The notes: a model not told the origin generated them from the sequence alone. Numbered from the stretch's first letter, positions 39,120 through 53,092 are shown. The stretch: 64,000 nucleotides of DNA from Lingula anatina (GCA_051362555.1 CM120647.1:682001-746000), one strand, 5' to 3'. Made by a program: numbers and translations.

Positions 39120-41096
39120 TACTACTTGATATCCTATTTTGTTAATTATTTTATCATATGTTCTGTCTTTTCCATTTTTATATTTCTGTCCTTATTTTCA
39201 GTCTTCCCTGATTTATTTCTTTATACGTTCTTGCTTCTCATTGGTTTAAAGTCTTTAACCGCTAATTTCCTTTGTCTCTTTTCTCACTTTCTCTCTTTAC
39301 GTCTCATGGGCTGACATTGTTTTTCTTTACAGGTAAAATTGTTTTCTTTTTATCTTTCATTTTGTATTAAGTTATATATTATTTTATTTATCCTCATTAT
39401 TTAGTTATTATTATCAATTTAATGTTTAATTTAATGTTTTATTTAGTAAACTTAGTAAGCTATGTAATTTATAAAGAATAAAGAATTTACGTCACGTGGG
39501 CTAACATTGTTTTTCTTTACAGAACAGTAATGAAATCTGTTCAAATTGGCGCCCGAACAGGGACCTACTGAGTACAATAGTAAAGGGGAAATCATATAAC
39601 TAGTACTGCAGTTTGGTCGACCCCACCCATTGAGCTAATGGTAGCCCGAATGGTGATTTTGTGTTGTTGGAAAAACTGGTCAAGTCGATGTTTCAACTGG
39701 GGATGCCTAGTACGACCGCCAACGAAGCCTGTTGTGAAGAAAACAAAGACATTTTCTAAAGGACATTTTCCTGATCTCTGTGTCGGCTGTGAATGATACA
39801 AAGTCGATCTGTCATTTCTGGTGTATACATCTTCTCGTACTTTGAAGCTGCCGGCTGTGACACCCAGGAGCTGAAGCTAACTACGATCCACTGCTTGAAA
39901 TCGTCAAAGATGATCGGTTATTTATAAGACAGTAGGACCAGGACCATTGTGAGGAAGCTGAAGCTTACTGCGAGACATTGCTTGAAGCTGTCAGTGACGA
40001 TCGTTATCTAAAGGACAATTGGACAATTGTAGAGGTACTTGTAAATATTGCATTCCTAACAGTACCGCTGTAAATAGTTTTGATTCATTTCATGCTCTGA
40101 GTTACTATCGTTTGTAAATGTAAATATTACATCCCTACTAGTGACTTTGTAAACAGTTTTTATTTATTTCACACTCTGAATTTCCATCGTTTCAACAGTT
40201 GAACTGTAGCATTCATATTACCCGTTTGTTCAGTCAACCGTTGCACAAATTTGGGTGTTGTTATAAATAGCATTATGCAGCGGACTCAGTCAAGAGTATA
40301 TAATTATAGTCATTTCACTTACTAGATTGAGTAGTGTACAGTTCAGTATTACCTGTTTTCAGTCTAGCTAATATCAAGTGAAGGTAGTTTGTGTTATATT
40401 TTTTCATTCCTCTTTGAATTTTATACATCATTTTTTTTTTTCAATTTTATTAGATGGGTGTTTTCAGTATAAATATAGTTTTACAGCCAAATTTCATTGC
40501 TTGATTTGAACAGTGAGAGTAGATGCTGCTTGTTTGCATACATTATGAAATATAAGTTGTGACTGTAATTTGTGTTGTGCATGCATCACTGCTCTGACCA
40601 GTAGTTAAATGAAGTAGTACAGTGGTTCTCTGAATGTGTTAGAGCATCCTAACACAATTGGTATGTGAAGTTTTCTTTGATATGTTGAGTGCAATATCCC
40701 TTGATAACAAGCGTTTGATGTTTCAGATTAAAAAAAAATGAATTTCATGAAACTCATTCAACTAAAAGACCTGTACATCACCTTTTTGAGTCTGATATTC
40801 CAGCTCATTCACCAACAGTATCATCTGATCACATACAAACTGTTTCAGCTCTTAGTCCAGCAGCGGCCTCTGCTCCTATTCAGAATGTGTCAGGTACACC
40901 TGGTGGCACTACTTTTTCTACTACTTCTGGTGTTCCACCCAAAATTTCTTATTTCTCAGGTGATGATGGAAAGGGTGAGTCATCATATCAACAGTGGCGA
41001 TACGAAGTCATGAGTCTGGTTAAAGAGGGTGTCTATCCTTCTGCAATGATCTTTTTAGCTATACGCAGATCCCTAAAAGGAACTGCTGCTGATATA
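39120..41096 (+). mobile_element. 5' remnant of a tRNA-Lys-primed Gypsy element (LTR end, PBS, leader, gag start)
   Basis: LTR ends tgttca at 39543. PBS TGGCGCCCGAACAGGGAC at 39547-39564. PNMA-like gag fragment PKISYFSGD..SYQQWRYEV..AIRRSLKGTAAD at ~40890-41096. LTR start uncertain. Confidence 0.8.
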
Positions 41097-41767
41097 TGTA
41101 TGACAGTTATTTTGCATTATTTATTTCATGATTATTTAACATTTACTTTAAAAAAAAAGAAAATAAAAGAAAACAACATTACAGCCAGTGGGCCACTTAG
41201 TTACAGCTGAACCTTCCTTCCTGTATAGATATAGTGAGTCTCTAATTAAGTACATTACATGACAATGGACGGTATATCTTGTTACCTTATCTGATTCATG
41301 GAAACCAGTTTCAGAAAATTAATCACTTTATATCTACCTTAAACCTTTGTTTCATGGAGATGGTAAATTGTTAAGTGGCCGCCTTTGTCTGCATTTTATG
41401 TTATATCCTGTCTATATTTCTATATTATGTAAATTGTACATTGTCTATAAAATTAAGTAGAGGCTGCTGAGTGACAGGTAACCTGACCAATAGTAACCAG
41501 AAATGTCCTCAGTCAGTCAATACAGGGTTAGCTTTGGAGCAGAAAGGTTACTATTTCCATTATAGAAGTAAGACTACTCTGCATATCTACGCTAACAGAA
41601 ATAAACCTTTATAAAATCAAGGCTGTGAGTTTGTTGAGTTGAGACGTCATATCCCCAGCATACGGTGGGAGAACTTCCCCTGGACCATCATAGTGGTGGA
41701 GAACCTGGGCATTAAAACTTTCCTGAGTGCCTTACATATGCCAAGCAGTCCAGAATATTGAACTTCC

Positions 41768-42710
41768 ATGTCCATGAGCACCAGAAGATCCCCAAGATCC
41801 CAGGAAGATGAACCAATACAGTAGAGTAGACCAGGACCATCTGGAGTCAACTCCGAGTCCACAGGCAGCGTTGAATCACCACCAGCACCATCAACTGCAC
41901 CTCAGATACCTCAACAGACAGCCCCAGCAGGCCAGCCACAGCAGCAGCCAAAGCAACAGCAGCAGCAACAGCCAGTGGTAATTTCACTACCCCAGCATAT
42001 GGCACCATTCCCTTTCAGAGGGGATGAAGCTGAGAATGCGAGGGAGTGGGTTTGTAGATATGAAGAATACTGCAGTCTTATACACTATGATAATCAAATG
42101 AAACTGTCTCATTTTGTGTACTTACTAATGGACAATGCAAAAACGTGGTATTCCACACTAAGCAATGAGACAAAAAGTGACTTTGAGGCCCTAAAAGGCC
42201 AGTTTTTAAGTAGATATGGGCCTAGCCCAGCCTCGGTGAGGGCAAAAACAGCTACCTGGTTTACTTGTCAACAAGGGGACACTAAAATTAGGGACTATAT
42301 TGCAAGAATGACGAAAATGGGTCGAGAAGTTAGGCTCCCAGATCAACATATAGTAGCAGCAGTGGTCAATGGGTTACATCCAACAATAAGAACAGCAATA
42401 ATAATGAAAAACCCACAAAATTTACGAGAATTAGAGGAAGCAGCCACAGCAGCAAACTGTTAGTACTGAAAGTAATCGTAGAGTGTCTTTTCAGCCTGCA
42501 GACACTGTCTGAGACAGACAGAGGCTAAGACGTAGCAGTAGGGAAAGAGAGAGAGGGAGAGCAAATGGGAGAGAAAGGAAACACCTGTGCCAATCATGCG
42601 GTAAGTGGACATTTCATGCTCCATTTCAATGTTTTGCACGTGACAAAAATTGTTATAAATGTGGGCAAATTGGACATTTGGCAGTGATTTGCAAAAATAT
42701 TCAACAGTAG
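41768..42710 (+). pseudogene. gag: gag of the third LTR element
   Basis: FRGDEAENAREWVCRYE..LMDNAKTWY..VNGLHPTIR, then after lesions CQSCG..H..C and CYKCGQIGHLAVIC knuckles. Confidence 0.82.
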
Positions 42711-42785
42711 GGGTGCACGCACAATATGACTGAAAATGGTAGAATTCTCTGATTGGACACTATTTATTTGGCTGATCGTACTGAC

Positions 42786-42952
42786 CAGGGGCGGATTCAG
42801 GCCGTCTTTTGGGTCTTCCGGAAGACGGTCAGATTTTCAATTTTTCATTGACGGGTATCTAATTTTTTTGTCGGAAGACGGTCAAAAATGGAGGCCGGAT
42901 CAACAAAGATAATTTGGAAGACTGTCAGAAAAAATCACTGGATCCGCCCCTG
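42786..42952. mobile_element. MITE CAGGGGCGGAT..ATCCGCCCCTG, 5-bp TSD CTGAC/CCGAC, hAT5-like
   Basis: TIRs read directly. Relatives at 54083-54250, ~5839-6005 and ~16763-16921. Confidence 0.85.
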
Positions 42953-42994
42953 CCGACCACAACTTATTGCAAATAAAAATAGGCTCCCTTCATC

Positions 42995-44260
42995 TAAAGG
43001 CAATGGTAGATACTGGCGCTAGCATTTCTTGCATTTCTGAAAACATTTTACAGCAACTTCCAAAACAAAACTTTGAAATCCAGCAACCTGACCTATCAGT
43101 TGTTAGTGGCGTGATTGGAGAGCTTCACACTCTAAAAGATTGAAGTCACAAAATTCATCTATAAACAACCAAAACCTCCCATTGTAGTGGCCAGTGTCTC
43201 CATACCTGTCTCCCATTCATTCCCTAGTGAAGTCAAACTGAACAACCTCTACAAAATGCAACGCTCATCTAAAGATCTTGTTTCCACCATCAAAAACTTG
43301 AAAAACCCACAGAAGACGATAGTAAAGATCAAAACAACATCCAAAAATTCTTCTGTCTAAAGGATGGCATTTTGTATAGAAAACATCAGTGCACCAGAAA
43401 GCAAAAGGCGGGTGATAACACGGAAATTGAACAGCTAGTGGTCCCTAAACAGTACAGAAAAAGAGTTCTTATGGCATACCAGGATTCGAGGGTAGGTGCA
43501 TGTCATCCTGGATTTCACAAATGCTTAGAAAAACTTAGGTTGAAATATTACTGGCCCAAAATGCCTAGGGATGTGAAACATTATGTCAAGTCCTGTGAAG
43601 TTTGCCAAAGAGTGAAAAGAAGCTATCAAATTCAAACAGCGCCCTTGCAACCCCTTCCCATCAAAGAAGTCTTTAGCACGTGGCACCTTGACATTTTAGG
43701 CCCAATTACCCCCTCAAAATCTGGTTATAGATACATTATTTTGGCAGTAGATTCATTTTCGCGATGGCCAGAAGCATTTGCACTCAAATCCCAAGAAGCT
43801 AAAGAAATAGCTGAAATTTTGTACTCCCAAATTTTCACCAGATATGGTGCTCCCTCCGAAATTATTACTGACAGAGGCCAGAATTTCAGATCAAAATTAG
43901 TCCAGGCCATCTGTGATATTTTTGATGTGGAAAAACATTACACGGCCAGTTACCACCACCAGACCAATGCAGTATGTGAAAGGTATGGGTATATTTGGCA
44001 ATCCCTGCGAGCTCTTTGCAAAAAGGACCAATCGGACTGGTCAGATCACATTGAATCAATACTCATGGCTTACAGAAGTTTTCCATCTGAAGGTACAGGC
44101 TACAAACCATTCTTTCTTCTATTTGGCAAAGAAATGACCACACCCTTGGACAACGAATTACAAATAACAAATAACTACAAATAACCTCCCCAAAACAACA
44201 GAAGAATACATTGCACAGAAACTAGAAGCAATAAATAAGGGTAGGAAAGCAGCAGCAGAA
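42995..44260 (+). pseudogene. pol: Internally deleted pol: aspartic protease fragment plus integrase
   Basis: AMVDTGASISCISE at ~43000. Integrase HPG..YYWPKM..CEVC, WHLDILG, VDSFSRW, ITDRGQNF, NAVCER, PFFLLFG. Confidence 0.88.
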
Positions 44261-44549
44261 ATCAAACTAAGGCTGCATTCACATGAAAAATCTTTTTTTT
44301 ATAAATCTGAAAATCTATTTGCGGTATCTTGTGATTACGATCTGTGCATTGAATACCCGCGGCATTTTTGATACTTATTGATTATTGATAGATTATTGAT
44401 CTGAACCACTACCAAAAACTAATCATTGTCCTCCTTGACCCAATTCTGGCAGTTCCTGAAAATTTCATCAAAATCGGTCCATAACTTTTTGAGTTATGTT
44501 GATGACAGAAAAACAGGGGTGAAAACATAACCTCCTTGGCAGAGGTAAA

Positions 44550-47500
44550 TATAATTCCAATGATGCTGCTATTCAAACTATTAATCTTTGAGTTTGAAAT
44601 ATATATAAAATTATTTGCAATATAAAACAAAATTTACCCGCATAGTTATCACTGCTTCTTTATTATTAATCTAGCAGAGAGCTTAACCTTTGGGAGTTTA
44701 CAGGGAAATATCAACAAGTGTGCTTTATGTAATCTAATTTAATGGCATATTAATTAGGCAAATGACTTTATAACTTTATAACTTAGCCTAGTGATACCCA
44801 AGAGAAATTTACCGACTGACCCTCTCAAAGGTCTTCAGGCCCATAAGTCACACCTTAAGAAAAGCACAAAACAATAATGCACAAAATAGAAGACTATCAA
44901 TTCTGATATAATAATACATTATGTTTAACTGCACAGTCAACATCAAATTTTAATTATGCACAACAGGTAACACAGACGAAAGTAAAAGCATAAGGCTCCA
45001 GGCCCATCAGAGTTCAAGTTTATACTTAGAAAGTGCCAGAATGAGAAAAATGAAAATTTAACAAAAAATGCATAAATTTTAAAAAAAATGATAATCTAAT
45101 AAGAGCTGGTTTTCTAATATGAGCTGAATGTCAATCCTAAGAATCATTCTTGTAAGAATAGTTGAAAAAATAGAAAGTAACAGTTTTCTTTCCATAACGT
45201 TAATGGTGGCACTGCACAAAGTAGGTTTTTTATGTACAGACACAGATGTGTCTGTACATATTGCCATCACCTGCGTCTGTCGTCGCCGATGCCGATGGCG
45301 ATGCCGTTGCCGATGCCGTTGCCAGCGCCAGCGCCGTGCACTTTCCTTGTAAACACGATAAGTGGAGGGCAGTTTTACTTTTTGGCTTTATATATTTACA
45401 GAGCTGATGAATATTCATAAAATGCAGGTCAAGTTCGAAAATCAGCATGATCGGGCCATTATTGTAGAAGTTATGCTGTTTTTTTCACTTTTCAGCATAT
45501 ATGCAACACTGTAAACACATTTTAAGGAAAACTGTTAGACCTGTTGTCATGAAACTCACAGGAGTAATCAATCTTACTAAAACGCAGGTCGAGTTCAATG
45601 ATCAGGCCACTATTTTAGTAGTTATGCTGTTTTTTTCATTTTTCAGCATATATGCAACACTGTAAACACAATATAAGAAAAACAGATAGGCCAATTGTCA
45701 TTAAACTCACAGGAATGGTCAGTCTTACTAAAACGTAGGTTGAGTTCGAAAATCAGCATAATCGGGGCATTATTTTAAAAGTCATGCTGTTTTTTCACAT
45801 TTCCTCAGATTCAACTCTTAGGCATGTTAACAGTCTCATTATTGAACTAATAAGATACGTAAAAGTGTTTGTTTGACATGTCCTGTATCTTTACAACATT
45901 GTTAGTTGATTATGTAAAAATGATGGTAAACTTGTTATCATGTATTGTGTAATAAAGTGTCAAAAATGGAAATAAACTCATATCATTGCAGTTTGTCAGA
46001 TTTAATCATTCACTATGTTCAGATTCTCAGAATGAAAGAAATTGGACATTTAACACTATTCTATTGATAAATTTCCCATCTCATCAATTTTCTTAGTTGA
46101 TCATATAAAAATTGCAGTAAACTGTTTATTTTGTTTCATGTTAAAAAAAGTGTTAAAAATGGAAATAAACCCATGTCAGAACAGTGCTGTCTTGTTTCAC
46201 ATTTCCTCAGATTCGACTCTCATGCATGTTAACAGTCTCATTATTTAACTAATAAGACATGTAAAAGTGTTTGGTTGACATTTCCTGCATCTTTACAACA
46301 TTATTAGTTGATTATGTAAAAATGATGGTAAGCTTTCTATCGTGTATTGCGTAATAAAGTTTCAAAAATGGAAATAAACTCATATCATTGCAGTTTGTCA
46401 GATTTAATCATTCACTATGTTCAGAATCTCAGAATGGAGAAAATTGGACATTTAACACTGTTGTATTGATATTTTTCCCATGTCATCAATTTTCTTAGTT
46501 GATCATGTGAAAATGGCAGTAACCTGTTAATTTTATTTTATGGTAAAAAAATTGTTTTAAAATATGAAAAAAAAAAAAAAAAATTTAGAACAGTGCTGTC
46601 TTGTTTACATTTTGGCATTTTCAAGTTGTGACTTTGAAGTTCCATGGGCCTGAAGACCTTTGCTAGTCACATTTTCTGAATATCCATGATACTAATATTT
46701 TATTATTAAAAATTGATGGTCATTATGCTGTTAAACATTATGTAATATCGCATCAAAATTTGAAAAAAAAAAACCTATTTTGGGCACTGCTCCCATAATG
46801 ACCATTTAAGAAAAACCATGTCACTTACTGTTCTCAAACAATACAGTAAATATGTACAGATGTGTCTGTACATATTGCCATCACCAACGTCTGTCGTCGC
46901 CGTCACTGTCCCTGTCGCCGACGCCGTGCACTTTCATTGTAAACACGATAAGTGGAAGACAGTTTTACTTTTTGGCTATATATTTACAAAGCTGATGAAT
47001 ATTCATAAAACGCAGGTCAAGTTCAAAAATCAGCATGATTGGGCAACTATTTTAGTAGTTATACTTTTTTTGTTGTTGTGACTTTGAAGTTCCATGGGCC
47101 TGAAGACCTTTGCTAGTCACATTTTCTGAATATCCATAATACTAATATTTTATTATTAAAATTGATGGTCATTATGCTGTTAAACATTATGTAATATTGC
47201 ATCAAAATTTGAAAAAAACGTATTGTGGGCACTGCTGCCATGAGGACCATTATGGGAAAACCATGTTACTTATGATTGCCTAACTTTCTAAAAAGAAATA
47301 CAGGACTAAAATGCAGCCTGAGTTGGAAAAGCAGTCTAATTGGCTTCTTTTTCTAGAGGTTATACATTTGCAAAGTGTGAACTTGTTACACATTTAACTT
47401 ACATTGGTATTACCTGTTGAGCATAATTAAAATTTGATGTTGAATTTGCAGTTTAACATAATGTACTTTTGCATCAGAATTGACAGTAGCCTATTTTCTG

Positions 47501-48470
47501 CATAGTTATTGCCTGTTTTTTGTCTGTACATTTGACAGCTTTGCTGCCTTGTTTGTCAATTTTGATGCAACTTTACATAATGATTAACTGTATAAATACC
47601 TACTATTAAAAACATTGACATTAAAAAAATGTGATTACCACTGGGCTTCATGCCCAAGGGAGCTCTAAGTCCCATACTGAAAATTCCAGTATGTGAAAAA
47701 TAAAAATTTTTACAAAAAAAAAACTCTATAACTTCCAGTAAATTAACTAATGAGACAGATTTTCCAACTGAAGCTGTATTTCAGTCCCATGTTTCTTTCC
47801 TTCAAGTGTAAAAAGAGCAAGTGACATGGTTTTCCTTTCACGGTCACTACGGAGGCAGTGCCCAAAATAGGGTTTTGTTCAATTTTGATGCAATATTACA
47901 CAATGCTTAACAGCATAATAACAATCAGTTTTTTAATGATAAAATAAAACTATCATGGATATTCACAAAATGTTCTAGCCCATAGAGTTCAGACACACTT
48001 TGAAAATCCCAAAATCTAAACAAGAGAAACTGTATTGAAAAGAGTTTATTTCCATTTTCAATACCTTTTTTTACATAAAAAATAATCGATTTACTGTCAT
48101 TTTTATATGATCAATTAAAATATGTTGTCAAAGGAAAAATATCAATAGAACAAATTTAAATGTCCAACTTGCTCCATTCTGAGATTCTTAACTTAGTGAA
48201 TGATTGAATCTGACGAACTGCAATGATATGAGTTCCTTTCCCTTTTTGATATTTTATTACACAATGCACAATAAAAGGTGTACTGTCATTTTTATATAAT
48301 CAACTAACAATATTTTTAAGAAGCAGAAAATATCAAAACAACACTTTTACATATCTAATTTGTTCCATAATGAGACTGTTAACATGCCTAAGAATTAAAT
48401 CTGAAGAAAAACCACTTATATACAAAAAGGCTAATAACTTCATCAAAACTTAACTGATCAAGCTTATTTT
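44550..48470. mobile_element. HINE family A cluster: a + copy (45226-47553) inserted into an older - copy
   Basis: The flanks caaagtaggtttt | ttgtcaattttgatgc rejoin into the reverse complement of the 15340-15370 sequence. An extra 5' head lies at ~46850. Confidence 0.8.
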
Positions 48471-48808
48471 CAAACTTGGCGTAAGAAATTAGTTGTTCAT
48501 AGGTAAGCAAGGAATTGTACATGGTGTTTCTGTTTAATTGATAATTAGTTGGCTGTGTTGAACTGTAATGCTTATTAGGGATATGAATAGCCATTTTTTA
48601 CTGGGATTAGGTAGTAACTTCCAATACATAAAGCAGGCATTGCCTGTGGACGAACTACAAGTTCTTGTTTAACTGCTGTGTTCTCTTTTTCTTAAATCTT
48701 TTCTTTTGGGCCAGTATTCTGCCTAGCTGGTTCTAGAGTAGAAGATGGTCAAATGCAATCGCAATTAAGCTAACTTCCCCTCTTTTTCCTCACTTAGAGA
48801 TCAGTGAT

Positions 48809-50488
48809 CATGACATCAGGATCTTGGTATTAGTCCTAGCCTTTGCCATTGCTGTCCACGTTGCCGCTGCAGAAGATGTAAGGTTGAATTACGGAATAAG
48901 TTCAAAGGAGAAAGGGACTGTAAAACTGATAGGTGACTACTGGCTTCACTCGGTGACGGTTGATGTACCACTTATACCAGCAAGGTCATCGTACCAGCAT
49001 TTGTGCAGGGACGGTATGTTGGAAGAGAATTGTGTTCTTGCAGAAAGGGCGATTGAAGAAGGGAAAAGGATGTACAGTAAGTCTGCCTCAGAGTTGTGGA
49101 CCCTTCATTATCAGTTTAGGAATATTTTTGATGACTCTGGCAAGACTAATAGATCGAGAAGATCAGTCCTCCCCATTGTAGGCAACGTAGCAAATTCTTT
49201 GTTTGGTGTTGCGACTGAGAGTCAGTTAAACAAGGTGATCAGTCATGTGAACAAAATATTTTTTCAGCAACAAAAAGCACTCACCACCTTCACAAAATTT
49301 TCAAAACAATTTAATTCAAATTTTCATTTTCAATTGAAAATGGTATGGAATACAACCTAAAACTGCTTACGAAATTGATGCATCTCAGCTCGACAACAGC
49401 CAAATTAAACAATGAAATAAAAACACAATAATAGGCATAAATGACCTGGCACATGGCCGATCATCCCCAGTGTTATTTCCACCGCACACTCTTGGAAATT
49501 CACTTCGGCAAATACAGACAACACTGCAAACACACATAAAAAAATTTTGAGATTCACACAGACTTAAAAGTCTATTACAAACATGCTAAATTTGCAACCA
49601 ACAGAGTCAACAATTCCATCATAATAACACTGGGGATCTCAATCATTTCATTATCAGCTTCATACCAAATTCTAAAAACAGGGCCCAGTTTTATAAAGGA
49701 CGTTTAGCACTAACCAGTGGATAAATTCTCCTAACACCCATTAACTAAAAGATGGTAAAATTGTGTTTCATATACAGTCTTATGACGGAAAACAGCCAAT
49801 TAGTTAACTGGCCAGTGTTTAACTGGATTAAATAATTATTTAAAGGCCAGTTTACTAACATACTGTTTAGTGTTTAAAAACACTGGTTAGTGCTAAACGT
49901 CCTTTATAAAACTGGGCCTAGAAACATTTGAGATCCCAGTAAACACAACCAGCAACCACTCATCAATATTAACAAGCATCCCAAGATATTTTGGCAAACC
50001 AAATTCAGACAAAACACCAGTCACTTTCGATGAAAACTTCCTCAGTGAGTGTGCAGGGGAAAATGAAAAAAATATGTAAGGTCTCTAATTTAAAACCTAA
50101 GAGTGACCACGAGTGCCTCCAAGCTATAATACTTGACAACAAACATAACATCAAACAGTTTTGAGAGTTCACATTGTTGCCCAATCGTATCAAGCCGTCA
50201 ATTAAAAGACTAGGTAAAATCAACATTTTAGTATACAAAATTTACAACCTCACCTTCCAATGTGAAGAAAACTCCACCAAAACAGGCTGTGACTTCTGCA
50301 TGATGAAAGTTCCATGCAACTGTGCAGTCCAACATTCAACTATGTACTTACCCCCAGAACAATTTTGCACAGTAGGCCTAAAGGACAAAATAGAAATCCT
50401 CCATCCCATTAATCTTGCAGTCTTGCAACATTTTTCCGATTCCCAAATTTTTTCTTCAATTTTAGGCCATTCATATGACACAAGATAA
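48809..50488 (+). pseudogene. env: Envelope fusion protein pseudogene (class I, baculovirus F / errantivirus env-like)
   Basis: Signal peptide LVLVLAFAIAVHVAAA, furin site RSRR followed by fusion peptide SVLPIVGNVANSLFGVATESQL and a heptad region. Then DLAHGRSSPVLFPPHTL, and Cys-rich CDFCMMKVPCNC. Frameshifts and a MITE insertion; no TM segment seen. Confidence 0.8.
49682..49918. mobile_element. PIF/Harbinger-like MITE in env, 3-bp TSD CAG/TAG
   Basis: About 38-bp perfect TIRs ggcccagttttataaaggacgtttagcactaaccagtg. Removal restores ILKTETFEIPV. Confidence 0.88.
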
Positions 50489-51441
50489 ATTAAAACCCCT
50501 TTAAATTAGATAAAAATTGTTGATTCACGTACAGTGACTTTTCCCTTTATGTAACCCTGCATGGGGAGCTATAAGAACAAGAGATTCCATTTATTTCATA
50601 ACCTTTTATTCGCCCAATGTCTGTACAATTTACAGAACAGAGTACAGATAGATTGGCTGGTGAACAGATATGCAACAGGGGTAATTACATCATTAGTCAT
50701 CACACTGGCCTAAAATACTATGGATTGTTACCTAAACGAGATTTTATTGTTACCTGTACTGTCTGAATCTGCAATGACCAACCCAGGTATATAATTATAT
50801 ATGACCCTTGCATCATCACTGTCAATATCAGTATACAATTAACTGCTGAGTAGAGTACTTGAATGGCAAGTGAAACAGGTAGGCAACAGGGGTAATTTCA
50901 AATACTATAAATGATGATGTTGCCTTAAACATAAATTCAATTCCTTTTTCTAAAGACATCTAGGCTAACTTGTACTCATAAAAGGCTCTACTCTTATACA
51001 TGTATATAGACTGTAGAATAACAGATACTGTTCGAGGGTTTCCTGTTCCCGGGGCGACAGTTTGATTTTTCACAAGATATTCAAATATATGTCTTTCGAT
51101 AGACAGTCAGTTGGGTTCTCTGGCTTTTGGAAAAATTCCCTATAATATCTGTCGCCCTGGTGGAGGGTAAGTTCCCTGCATACATTTAGAGTAAACTCAA
51201 GTGTGACAGAGTCAAACCACTATAGGCCTAGAATTTTCAAATAGCATATAAACACCATGTGCTCTTATTCTATAACGCCGAGATAGACTACAGAATACCA
51301 TCATTAATTATTATACACTATATTCTAGTGCCTATGGTATGCTTTAGTTACCGGATGTTTCCCTGATAACGCAATAAAAACTCTACCCACTTGACAGTCA
51401 TTCATCTGTGTTGTGAAATACCAAAATAATGTAACTACTAA

Positions 51442-51664
51442 TACCCCCTTTACACTGGACGGCGTTCTTTCTGCGTCCTTTCTGCAACCATGAAATTTGG
51501 CATCGCTGTGGTCTTAATAAGGAGGTACGAGCATTGATTTTGTATCAGAATGAATGCTCAATGATCGGCCAGTTGTCGGGATGTAAAATATTATAATTTT
51601 TTAACTCTAAAATGGGGCCGTACTGCTGGACGCAGAAAGGACGCCGTCCAGTGTAAAGGGGGCT
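51442..51664. mobile_element. PIF/Harbinger-like MITE, TSD TAA
   Basis: TIRs ccccctttacactggacggcgt.ctttctgcgtcc with TAA on both sides. Confidence 0.8.
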
Positions 51665-53092
51665 TAAGCAAGCTGTCACATCAATCGAATGTGATTCAAT
51701 ATAGTATATTTTGAACTTAAAATGCAATCGGCTACATCGCTGTGTAACCTGGCGAGTCCCCCAAACAGATCACGTGTTTCGCGGAACATTACGGCTATGA
51801 CAATATCCATAATACTCAGTAGATAAGCTACAGACTTCCCTCAAAATTCCTAAACCATTGTCAGCCACAGCCTGGTTATATATTAAAATAAATTTCAAAA
51901 GGACATTGATGTGTTCCAAGAATAATGTTACTGATGGCGATGTAAGATGAGATGGATTCATAATCATCACACCCCGTGAATCAATGGGGGGGTATCGTTT
52001 ATCATTTGTTTGTAGTTAAAATTATTCTTTCTTTTGAAAATGGCATGGTCGCTGGCCACTTAGTCACGTAACTTCCATCCTTTGCCCTGATTTGTCCTTT
52101 GGCGATAAATACACTGATACAAGCTATTAAAACAGCCATATAAAGAGATATTGCCCATTGCTCTCCATACCGTCTGTCTATTGGTGCAGTCTTCGCATTT
52201 GATGTGCCGCCAGCCAATCAGATCTATCCAGGAATGCCAAGCGTCAAATCAGATCACAGCTTTAATGTCACGTGCAATTGATTGATGCATGCCCCTGTAT
52301 ACCGGTGTGGTAAACACACGAAAACGCAAAATCACACAGTTATCTGAGTGTCACTAATTGTGCCACCAATACCGGTAGGTCTTCGTCAATCGGGGTTGAG
52401 ATAGGTAAAGTGTAGAAAAAACAACATTTACACCTCTAAATAGTTTGACCACCACACCCCTTAAAATGCCAACGAGATCTACGCTTTTAGGAAGTCCGAG
52501 GCACTTTTTTAATTTTCCAAAATACAGCAAGTGCGGTTCAGAGCCAGGAGTGTCTGTTTGCTCACTGTTGATAACTGTACAATGAAAAAATGTTGAATTA
52601 TAAATATCATCAAAAACCTTTGGAATATAATTTCCAATTTAATTTCAGTGCGAGACGAGCTAGTGTCCTCGCATGGTGTATTCTGTGGACTTAAATGAAT
52701 ATTCATGAGAGGCGGGGCTTATGGTGCATACGTACCGCTGATTCGTCACGGGAAGAATACAGGCAATAAGCAAACAAATCAAGTGAAGTGCAGCATTTAT
52801 TTCGCTGTTAATGGCGTACTGTTAGCATCGTCAAGACCCATTTTTTGCAAGAAATTAAAATTGTGTCTAATGATCTCTCCTTGGTATTAATTATTGCGAC
52901 AACGTTGTCAATTTGTAGCTACCCGACCCTTGTCTTTTTTATTCCTCTGTCTTTCTCACTATGTATTGGGTGAATACGCTACTTTACTCTCAAGGTGGGC
53001 TCCCACAGCTTTTGGAGTAAATAACAACGCAGTTACTAGTAGACACCACTCATAGTGACGTGGAGACCGTGATTGGACAGACGCCGAGCAGG

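Larger units (their letters stand above)
41097..50490 (+). mobile_element. Degenerate Gypsy element probably carrying env (errantivirus-like organisation), fragmented by HINE and MITE insertions
   Basis: Putative LTR 41097-41690 (TG..CA) and tRNA-Ala-like PBS TGGTGGAGAACCTGGGCA at 41694-41711. Then gag, protease, integrase and env, all on +. RT/RNase H deleted, 3' LTR not found. Confidence 0.72.

Noticed and set aside
39547-39564. 18-mer identical to the lentiviral tRNA-Lys3 PBS
   Set aside because: It reflects the conserved tRNA-Lys(TTT) 3' end. The adjacent gag is Gypsy-type, so this is not retroviral contamination.
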